From NCBI GenBank assembly GCA_015523565.1, contig WAKA01000001.1:1-18853 (forward strand): a stretch of 18,853 nt of DNA, read 5' to 3'. A model generated the notes under the pieces. It searched no databases. It was not told where the DNA came from and saw only the letters and a program-made list of their open reading frames with translations. Source of the stretch: Candidatus Heimdallarchaeota archaeon. Its GTDB lineage: Archaea > Asgardarchaeota > Heimdallarchaeia > Heimdallarchaeales > Kariarchaeaceae. The position numbers and the translations under genes were made by a program. Shown one piece after another: positions 1 through 7,475 of the stretch; within the stretch, counting starts at the first letter, position 1; every line of letters begins with the position of its first letter.

Positions 1-1
1 A

Positions 2-1249
2 ATTGACTCCATGATTGGAAGAAAATTGATATTGATAGGTTTCTTCGTTGTTTTCATATTTTTTGTTGACAAGATGCTTTTCATGATATTGGATTATTTG
101 ATTAATGATACTGAAAATCAAGACAATAAAAAAGTCTTCAATGTTGTTGGACTAGAAATTTTCAGAAAATCTTTCACAAAAAGGGAGATTAAGAGATTAT
201 TATTGCTTATCATCTTGATCCTAATATCTTTGAATGGTTTATATCCTATGATTAATTCAGAGCAAATTGGTGAGAATCAATGGGGCACTCTTACATTGAG
301 TGTTGAAAATATGACCTATTGGGATTTTATAACTTGGAAACAAACAAGCAATTTATCTATGGAAGTGTCTGGAATTGCTTTGATTTCACAAGCATCATAT
401 TCAAAGGACAATGGGCAATTTAATTTGGCAATAGTCGATTCAGATTTTAACAAGCTGACTCTTGGTTCAAAATCAATTTCGCCAGACAATCTTCCTAAAA
501 ATATAAATGGTATTCTTTCTTTGGAAGCAATGAAAAACCATAATATGAAATTGGGTGATAGAATACGGGTTGTTGTTGGGTCGGTTCCTTTCTTTTTGAA
601 AATTATTGACACCTTTGATTTTCTTCATCCCTTTACTTATGATGGAAATAGTGTCATTTCTGCCTATGTGTCTTTTTTGGAATTCAATGAAAGTATTCTT
701 TCTTCGATTTCTCTTTCATATATTGGCATTCAACTCAAAAATGGTGAAAACAAAACATTGATTACACAAAAAATATCAAGTTCAATCAATAGAACTGTAG
801 AACGGGTTTCATTTGATATTAACCAAAAAAATAGTTTGATTCGTGTATCTAAATTTTTACCAGACCAACTATTTTTACTAAATTTTCTTGGTTCCATATT
901 GTTGTTTTCATATTTCTATATCTTGATATGGATGGAATTTGTGGAACAATCAAGAAATGTTTCACAATTATTAAAGTTCAGAGGTTTTAAAGACAGTGGA
1001 TTTGAAAAAAGCTTTAGAAAATTGTATTTCCTTGTTTCTATAGTTGTCACATTAATTGCGAATATATTGATTATCGGTTATGAAGCATTTTCATCATCTC
1101 TGCCACGTATCATATTCCTATTAACCAAATTGAAGATATTAGTTCAAAACATCTTAATTCAGAATCTTATAATATTATCACTTTTTCTTATAAATTATGT
1201 TTTAATAAAAATTTCATTGAAAGGTAAAACCTTAAAAGAAAGTGCATAA
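2..1249 (+). CDS. FtsX/MacB-like ABC transporter permease, C-terminal part (probably 5'-truncated by the window edge)
   Basis: The frame is open from position 2 (first ATG at 11). The layout is TM - large soluble domain - three C-terminal TM segments. 'SQLLKFRGFK' resembles the FtsX-family 'IgiLkarG' motif. Confidence 0.6.
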   Translation: MDSMIGRKLILIGFFVVFIFFVDKMLFMILDYLINDTENQDNKKVFNVVGLEIFRKSFTKREIKRLLLLIILILISLNGLYPMINSEQIGENQWGTLTLSVENMTYWDFITWKQTSNLSMEVSGIALISQASYSKDNGQFNLAIVDSDFNKLTLGSKSISPDNLPKNINGILSLEAMKNHNMKLGDRIRVVVGSVPFFLKIIDTFDFLHPFTYDGNSVISAYVSFLEFNESILSSISLSYIGIQLKNGENKTLITQKISSSINRTVERVSFDINQKNSLIRVSKFLPDQLFLLNFLGSILLFSYFYILIWMEFVEQSRNVSQLLKFRGFKDSGFEKSFRKLYFLVSIVVTLIANILIIGYEAFSSSLPRIIFLLTKLKILVQNILIQNLIILSLFLINYVLIKISLKGKTLKESA

Positions 1250-1375
1250 CTAAAAACCATGGTGAATTAAATCAAAGTCTTGAACAAAAAAAATGTAGTG
1301 TAAATTACCTATTAGGTATTTGTTTCTTTTGTTTTTGAATTTGTCTCTTTCAATCACCCAAATAATGCTTATTCA

Positions 1376-1390
1376 GGAAACCTTTATTTT
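1376..1390 (+). promoter_or_regulatory. Putative archaeal BRE/TATA promoter for the 1412 gene
   Basis: GGAAAcc-TTTATTT. The TATA-like box starts at 1383, 29 nt before GTG 1412 (leaderless geometry). Confidence 0.4.
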
Positions 1391-1411
1391 TTAGGTTTTC
1401 CAGCCAAAACT

Positions 1412-1903
1412 GTGGAAAGAAGATCACTTTTTGAACTCTTGCCTGCCTTGCTGGTTTTCTTGGATGCGGTTTATTTCATCCTTCAACCCCGCAATGTTTT
1501 CAACCAAGACCAGGGAAAGCTTTTCGGAACACAGATGTACAGGAAATCCTCAATTTTCTTTTCAGTTGTCAATGGAGCAAACTATACCTTGAAAATCTCT
1601 GTCTTGGCTTTTGTCCTTTGGTTCATCATTCCTGTCATTCGAAATAAGGCGTCATTTTTCATTCCCCCTTTAACTGTTTCACTTGTCTGGGCGGCTGAGC
1701 GATTCAGGAATTCCCTTTTGGAAGTCTTCTTTACAAGTATTTTCTCCTTTTCCTTTTATATTGGTGCGAGGCTGATCCTTCAAAAAGTCAGCACATATGA
1801 GTATGAGCATCCAGTCATTCGATTTTGCATTGTTGGTAGTGTCCAGACCCTGTTGATCTTTATTGGGTACATTTTAATGAATTGGATCGGGTTTGTAGAT
1901 TAA
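1412..1903 (+). CDS. Hypothetical integral membrane protein (about 4-5 TM)
   Basis: 163-aa ORF with several hydrophobic segments. A TATA-like box is well positioned for the GTG start. Confidence 0.65.
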   Translation: MERRSLFELLPALLVFLDAVYFILQPRNVFNQDQGKLFGTQMYRKSSIFFSVVNGANYTLKISVLAFVLWFIIPVIRNKASFFIPPLTVSLVWAAERFRNSLLEVFFTSIFSFSFYIGARLILQKVSTYEYEHPVIRFCIVGSVQTLLIFIGYILMNWIGFVD

Positions 1904-2123
1904 TGTATCCATACATTTTTATCATTCTAGTTTTTCTTAGTGGAAATAGACAATTTCAAAAGGTTTTTCAGAACAAGGCATTACCTATTCCACAAAAAAT
2001 TGGATCCACGAATTACATTTTCAGAAGGGAATGTAGTTTCAATTGTGATATTCGATTCTTATGGGTATGTGTTTTTGAAATTGCCAGTTGGAAATATTGA
2101 AAGAAGTATAAGTTTCTAGATTG

Positions 2124-3635
2124 TCAGAGTTCCATGAATTTGAGATCTACGCCATCTTCCTTATGGATGTTCATGTATTGTGAGACCATGCTTTCTATAA
2201 CGTCTTTAGGTTCTTCTTTCTGTATCTTTTCTGCAAATTCCATCAGGCTTTCCATGATTTCGAGGTTGTGCAGGTTCATTAATGTGACTGCGGTATATCT
2301 TCCTTTCTTTTCGATAGCCGCTTTTATCCCGTCTGCAATATTGATCTGGGTGGGCTTGTCTTCCTCGATTATGGGGATCAGTTCCTTGATTTTCCTTTTG
2401 ATTTGTTCTTCATGGATTCCCAACTCGTTTATGATCTCGTCGTCTTTGAGGAAGATGAACCCCTTCACTTCAAAATCCTTTTTGAGGATGTTTGAGGTAT
2501 TGTATGCAAAAATGATTGCAATGCTCATGAAAATAAGTGAAATAATTGAGAGTGTTTCAGGTGAGAGTGGGAAGAGGATGGAAATGATCGCTCCCAAGAA
2601 GTCCACTGCATAGATTATTCCCCAACTTGTTCCTATAAGTGCCCAATGTCGGGGGATTGTTTCGTCGCTCAATTTCAGGATAGTGAAGAGGATGATGCAA
2701 TAGTAGCCTGAAATCTCAAAAGAGACGATCATTTGTGGTTGTCCCCCGATATATGAAAGGATTTGGGAAATGGAATTTAGGGTGATTGCGCCTATTAGGA
2801 TGACATAACGGCTCACTTTGTCGGAGAGAAACCCAAATATCCCGATGATTGGCAGTGCAAACAGATAGGCAAAAGCCCTGCTGGTATTGAGGATACCGAC
2901 TGAATTTTGGATAAGCACACCATGCGCTATTCCGCTTCCAGCAAGGAACAATGCTGAGGCAATGATTGTGTTTCTGATGTTTTTTTCTTTTCTGATGGTT
3001 GCAAATTGGCTTAGAGCCCGTTTTTCACTTGGGATTATTCCATATTTGATAAGTGATGGCCATCCCTGTATCAACAGTTGCAGGACAATTGGCAATGTGA
3101 CGAGTGTAATTGCGGTGATTGAGATTACTTGAATGGAGATTTTGCTGGTGGAGAGTGTTCCTTCAATGGACACATAAATGATCATGGCGCTGATTGCAAG
3201 TGCCATGGCTGCACCAATTCCAACAATAAGCCCCCTGTTATGCAATGCCGCACTTCTAGACAGTTCTTTTGTGGTTATTGCGAAGAGAAAGAAGGAAAGG
3301 ATGTTGAATGTCGGGGTCACAAACACTAGGAAAGCTATCTGATTTCCGAGATAAGCCGTAGTTATGAAAAGGGATATGGTTGACAGGAGAAAAATGATGA
3401 AAAATCTTTGGAATGAACGCAAGTTTTTGTCAGTTTCATTTAGGAAGTGAGTCCAAAGGAAAATGAAGAGGAGGGAGGAAATGAAAAGGGATAAAAAAAA
3501 CCATCTTATGTCAATCCCTATTGCAAGGAACCTGAGAATGGCTCCACCGCCAATTGATGCATCAATTAAGAAAGCCATGAGGGAGAACCCAAGCAATGCG
3601 AATTGGATTTTGGATTTTTCGGCTTGAAAACTCAC
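2124..3635 (-). CDS. MFS-fold membrane protein (about 12 TM) with a C-terminal soluble, longin-like domain
   Basis: About 12 hydrophobic helices, an MFS motif-A-like 'GFLSDKVSR' and 'HNRGLIVGIG'. The last ~120 aa are hydrophilic with a beta-beta-alpha-beta-beta-beta-alpha-alpha pattern. Confidence 0.75.
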   Translation of the reverse strand: MSFQAEKSKIQFALLGFSLMAFLIDASIGGGAILRFLAIGIDIRWFFLSLFISSLLFIFLWTHFLNETDKNLRSFQRFFIIFLLSTISLFITTAYLGNQIAFLVFVTPTFNILSFFLFAITTKELSRSAALHNRGLIVGIGAAMALAISAMIIYVSIEGTLSTSKISIQVISITAITLVTLPIVLQLLIQGWPSLIKYGIIPSEKRALSQFATIRKEKNIRNTIIASALFLAGSGIAHGVLIQNSVGILNTSRAFAYLFALPIIGIFGFLSDKVSRYVILIGAITLNSISQILSYIGGQPQMIVSFEISGYYCIILFTILKLSDETIPRHWALIGTSWGIIYAVDFLGAIISILFPLSPETLSIISLIFMSIAIIFAYNTSNILKKDFEVKGFIFLKDDEIINELGIHEEQIKRKIKELIPIIEEDKPTQINIADGIKAAIEKKGRYTAVTLMNLHNLEIMESLMEFAEKIQKEEPKDVIESMVSQYMNIHKEDGVDLKFMEL

Positions 3636-3641
3636 GAAAGT

Positions 3642-3695
3642 AATAAAATATTGTTTTATTTAATTCTTTATCCGAATGTAAGTATATTTGCATTC
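3642..3695. promoter_or_regulatory. Divergent promoter region with two palindromes
   Basis: AATAAAA-n5-TTTTATT (3642-3660) and imperfect palindrome GAATGTAAGTATATTTGCATTC (3674-3695). Minus-strand TTAAATAA (3663-3656) lies ~28 nt upstream of GTG 3635. Confidence 0.45.
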
Positions 3696-3738
3696 AGTAA
3701 AGAAAATTTTCATAAGTAAAAAGGTAGAATAATTTATA

Positions 3739-5415
3739 GTGAATGACGAGGATATCATCATCTTGATGAAAAGGGGGGATTACATTCAATGGGTTGATGA
3801 GACATCTTCGTCACCTTATGCTCAGTTTTACAGGCTCAAGTTCTTGAGGTTAACGGGCTATAGCATACAAAAATTGAGGAAAGATTTGGAAAAGATGCAA
3901 AAGTCATACTCCAAGAATGATTATTTGAAGCTTGAAATGTTTGTTGAGCTGGCTTATTTGTATTTGATTGAGAAAAACGCAAACAAGTTCCATCAAATTT
4001 TGAGCAAAATTCTTAAGGACTATGATAACACTCCCGATGCTTTGTTAAGGGTCTATTATCTTAAGGGTATCGAATCTTTCCGCAACGGAAAAATCAAGGA
4101 TGCTGAAAACAATTTCCTTAAGGCGGCACAGATTGATACTGATCCTTTGTATCAAGGCAGGGCTTTGAACAATCTTGGAATTATTTATCAGGAAATCAAT
4201 TCTGAAAGGAGTTTGCATTATTTTTTTCAAGCAAAGAAGAGGTTTGAGGAGATAGGAAACAAGGATTTGGTCATAAAAGTACAGGAAAACATCGCGACAA
4301 TCATGAAAATGATGGGGAAATACAGCGAAGCCATTGACCTGTTGAAGTATTCGGTAGAATATCATGAGCAAAACAGGCAGATGGCAGACCTTGCACAGAC
4401 TTACCATACATTAGGAGTCATATACGAAAAGATGGGATATTTGGATGTTGCCCTTGGATATTTCGAGAATGGGTTGAAAATCCGGGAGGGACTGGATGAT
4501 TTATTGGCAGTGGCTTGGACCTACATGAAGTTGGGGAAGTTGTATCTTTCAATAGGTGAATTGACAAAGGCGATTGAATATGCCCAAAAAAGCCTAATCA
4601 TCAGGGAAACCAATGGAAAGAATCCTGAGATTGCTCAGTCTCTTCAATTAATGGCCATGATATATGAAAAGTTGAACGATTATACCAATGCCAAGTCCTG
4701 CTTGAAACGGGCATTGAATCTTTATTTGGAGACCCCCTTGGTTGAGCAGATCTCTGAAATCATTTTTCAGCTTGCCAACCTGTTTGTCTCAGAAGAAAAC
4801 ACAAGCGAATTGAGCAATCTTATCGAAATTCATGCAAATCTTCATGATCTTTCCAATTCTCCAGTCATTTCACTTCGGCAATTGTATCTGGAGGGATTGC
4901 TTCTCAAGATGAGTGAACGTCCGAAAGAAAAGTTTGAGGCAATGGACAAATTCGAGGAAATCATCAAGTATCCCAACTTGGACTATCTTCTTTTGTTGGA
5001 AACAACAAAGCACCTTGCAGAATTATATATCATGGAACTTCAGATCTCACAAGTTGAAAGTGTTCTGAAGAAGTTGGAGGATATACTGTCCAATATGCTG
5101 GAACATTCCCTTGAAAATCATTCCTATTTGGAATATATCCACTTTCTTGTTTTGAATGCAAAACTAAAGTCAATAATGTTGAATTCAGAAGAGGCTCTGC
5201 ATATGCTGGATGAGGCAAAGTACTTGTGTGAGGAAAAGGGGCTATTTCAATTTTATAATCTTATTGACCGTGAAAAAGAAATTATAGAGGAGGAACTTTC
5301 TCAAATTTGGGAAAAGATTAACGTGACAAATCCCAATCTTATAGAAAGGATCAAACGTCAATCACTCATAACTTATTTGGATCAGGTTTCCCAAATGATC
5401 AAGACAATTGAATGA
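3739..5415 (+). CDS. Tetratricopeptide repeat protein (TPR_12/MalT-like repeats)
   Basis: Serial ~40-aa repeats such as 'ALNNLGIIY', 'TYHTLGVIYEKMGYLDVALGYFENGLKI' and 'TYMKLGKLYLSIGELTKAIEYAQKSLII'. The C-terminus is helical. Confidence 0.9.
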   Translation: MNDEDIIILMKRGDYIQWVDETSSSPYAQFYRLKFLRLTGYSIQKLRKDLEKMQKSYSKNDYLKLEMFVELAYLYLIEKNANKFHQILSKILKDYDNTPDALLRVYYLKGIESFRNGKIKDAENNFLKAAQIDTDPLYQGRALNNLGIIYQEINSERSLHYFFQAKKRFEEIGNKDLVIKVQENIATIMKMMGKYSEAIDLLKYSVEYHEQNRQMADLAQTYHTLGVIYEKMGYLDVALGYFENGLKIREGLDDLLAVAWTYMKLGKLYLSIGELTKAIEYAQKSLIIRETNGKNPEIAQSLQLMAMIYEKLNDYTNAKSCLKRALNLYLETPLVEQISEIIFQLANLFVSEENTSELSNLIEIHANLHDLSNSPVISLRQLYLEGLLLKMSERPKEKFEAMDKFEEIIKYPNLDYLLLLETTKHLAELYIMELQISQVESVLKKLEDILSNMLEHSLENHSYLEYIHFLVLNAKLKSIMLNSEEALHMLDEAKYLCEEKGLFQFYNLIDREKEIIEEELSQIWEKINVTNPNLIERIKRQSLITYLDQVSQMIKTIE

Positions 5416-5498
5416 CTGCTTAAACTGAACCTTAGAAATAAGTATTGCGGGATAATGAAAATCAATAGTTTTATTTTTACTATCCCAAAACAAGTTTC

Positions 5499-5822
5499 AT
5501 GGGAAAAGACAAAGGACCCCCAAAAAGATACATGCAGATCAAGGAAAAATATCCAGAAGTGATTGGTGCTTATGAGGCATTGGGAGATGCCGTCAAAAAG
5601 GCAGGTCCATTGGATGAAAAGACAATCAGCTTGGTCAAGATTGGAATTGCCATTGGTACAGGCTCTGAAGGAAGCTTACACTCAAGTGTCAGAAAGGCAC
5701 TTGGAAATGGAGCAACTCCAGAGGAAATAAGGCATGCGATATTTCTGTCCACAACACAAGTTGGATTTGCGAAAATGATGGCCGCCCTTTCATGGGCAGA
5801 TGATATATTGGAGAAAAACTAA
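5499..5822 (+). CDS. Carboxymuconolactone decarboxylase (CMD/AhpD-like) family protein, no CxxC
   Basis: 'GPLDEKTISLVKIGIAIG...LHSSVRKALGNGATPEEIRHAI' is the CMD-family pattern. No Cys is present. A TATA-like TTTTATTT lies ~30 nt upstream. Confidence 0.88.
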   Translation: MGKDKGPPKRYMQIKEKYPEVIGAYEALGDAVKKAGPLDEKTISLVKIGIAIGTGSEGSLHSSVRKALGNGATPEEIRHAIFLSTTQVGFAKMMAALSWADDILEKN

Positions 5823-5878
5823 ATTAATCCGCAATTTATACCCTAACATTTAAGACATAAGAAAAAATCGACAACACG

Positions 5879-5907
5879 AGACTTGTAATCACAAGTCTTA
5901 ATTACAA
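5879..5907. promoter_or_regulatory. Overlapping inverted repeats upstream of the MinD operon (candidate operator or hairpin)
   Basis: AGACTTGT-aatc-ACAAGTCT (5879-5898, perfect 8-bp arms) and TTGTAAT-n11-ATTACAA (5883-5907, perfect 7-bp arms). Confidence 0.5.
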
Positions 5908-5945
5908 TGAAAAGAAACTATTATGAATTAAGAGGTTCCAGTATC

Positions 5946-6806
5946 ATGACATTAACAATAGCAGTGCATAGCCTTCGAGGTGGTACCGGAAAGACTCTTC
6001 TCTCGATGAATCTTGCGGCCTACCTTGTTCAGCAAGGGTTTCGGGTTGCAATTTTGGATATGGATCTAGGTGCCCCTAGTTTACAGACATACGTTTCAGG
6101 AGAGGGAAGGAAAAAACTGAATGATTATTTCAAGGGTGAAGCAACTGCAGAGGAAGTTGTATTTGATGCGACAAACCTGATTGGAAGGAATGTGGAGGGG
6201 AAACTGTTCATTGCTCTTGCCGATGACAAGAGTGAAATAATTTCCTCCATGGCAAACCAGTCCAAGGAAGCCTCACTTGAAAATCTCTATAAGCTCATTT
6301 CATTGATTGATGAGAAACTTCCAAAGGATCCATGGAATGCGGAATTTGTAATATTGGATACATCCCCTGGTTTTTCAGCTGATTCATTGAATGCCGTCGC
6401 AGCGGCCCAACATTTAATTCTCATGTTAAGGCTTGTCAACGCGGACATATCTGGGACTCGACAAATGCTTGAGACATTGTATTCTGGTTTGAAACCTCGA
6501 ACCTCGCTCATATTGAATCAGGTTCCACATGCGTTTCTTGAGGATGATGGAGAGGAATACACCAAACAATTGGTGAAAAAGCATATCATTGACTTGGTGG
6601 ATACCGAGAAAATTAATGTATGCGGTTTCATTCCAATAGACTTTGAGGTCATTGATAAGGAGGCGGAATTTGCCATGTACTTTTTGGAGGGATTAAAGGC
6701 CCAAAGACCCATCCATGTTGTTGCCAATCCTGATGGTTTTTTGGCTAAACAGATGCCTCAAATTGCAGATTGCTTCCTTAAGCTTGCCTTCAAAAAGGAG
6801 GAGTAA
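5946..6806 (+). CDS. MinD/ParA-family (SIMIBI) P-loop ATPase
   Basis: Deviant Walker A 'SLRGGTGKT', switch I 'LDMDLGAP' and Walker B 'VILDTSPG'. Start moved from 5907 to ATG 5946, which has a GAGGT SD-like element upstream and gives the family-typical N-terminus. Confidence 0.9.
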   Translation: MTLTIAVHSLRGGTGKTLLSMNLAAYLVQQGFRVAILDMDLGAPSLQTYVSGEGRKKLNDYFKGEATAEEVVFDATNLIGRNVEGKLFIALADDKSEIISSMANQSKEASLENLYKLISLIDEKLPKDPWNAEFVILDTSPGFSADSLNAVAAAQHLILMLRLVNADISGTRQMLETLYSGLKPRTSLILNQVPHAFLEDDGEEYTKQLVKKHIIDLVDTEKINVCGFIPIDFEVIDKEAEFAMYFLEGLKAQRPIHVVANPDGFLAKQMPQIADCFLKLAFKKEE

Positions 6807-6808
6807 AA

Positions 6809-7426
6809 GTGAATATGCGTCCTCACGCGGTTTATATAATTGCGCAAGATGGCAGAAACGCATTTTCCAAAATTTTTTCCACTAAGGCCCCAAATGAGGA
6901 TTTGGTTTCAGCCATGCTTGTTGCCATGCAGAATTTTGTCAAGGAGGTCACAGGTACATACTTTTCAGAATTGACGGCAGGACCAATCCAATTTTCTTCT
7001 GAAAAGGCAGGTCCATTTTATGTCGTATTGGTCTCAACCCGTTCAAAGTTGGCATTGGAAAAAGTCAAGCATCTTGGAATACTTTTCATGAGGAGATACA
7101 AGACATTGATTGAAAATTGGAAAGGGGAGACAATACATTTTGAGGATTTTGAAAAGGATATTGAAGATGTATTGGGTGAATTCAATGAGGCTCTTCGCAT
7201 TGATCCGAAGAAACCATTGGATGCGACTTCATTGATATTCTTGGAAAAAGACATCCAACCTGTTGCAAGACTTATTCTGAGGAAGAGGGAATTATCTCCA
7301 TTCGATGTCTCAAATGCCTTGAACATGGATATCAATAACGCAATAAGTAAACTGGAACGTCTGTTTTCGATGGGACATCTTGGAAAATACGAAGAAAACA
7401 ATGAAACATATTACTTTGTACAATAA
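6809..7426 (+). CDS. Longin-like domain + C-terminal winged helix-turn-helix protein
   Basis: The N-terminal 'VYIIAQDGRNAFSK...DLVSAMLVAMQNFVKEV...NWKGETIHFEDFEKDI' fits Asgard-type longin domains. The C-terminal 'LSPFDVSNALNMDINNAISKLERLFSMGHLGK...YYF' fits a wHTH. A GGAGGA SD lies in the end of the MinD gene. Confidence 0.75.
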   Translation: MNMRPHAVYIIAQDGRNAFSKIFSTKAPNEDLVSAMLVAMQNFVKEVTGTYFSELTAGPIQFSSEKAGPFYVVLVSTRSKLALEKVKHLGILFMRRYKTLIENWKGETIHFEDFEKDIEDVLGEFNEALRIDPKKPLDATSLIFLEKDIQPVARLILRKRELSPFDVSNALNMDINNAISKLERLFSMGHLGKYEENNETYYFVQ

Positions 7427-7475
7427 TTTGAAACAAGCGGGAACATTTCAAATACGAACGCGGAAATCTCCTTTA

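Noticed and set aside
1882-2100. 72-aa ORF (alternative ATG 1903 overlapping the upstream stop as TAATG)
   Set aside because: No motif or other support. The TAATG overlap is suggestive but common in AT-rich DNA.
2134-3329. Plus-strand ORFs antisense to the MFS gene, including the Cys/His-rich 3129-3329 ORF
   Set aside because: Shadow ORFs. The Cys/His richness arises from antisense reading of Ala/Val/Met codons.
5499-5822. AhpD peroxidase activity for the CMD protein
   Set aside because: The protein has no cysteines, so the CxxC redox motif is absent.
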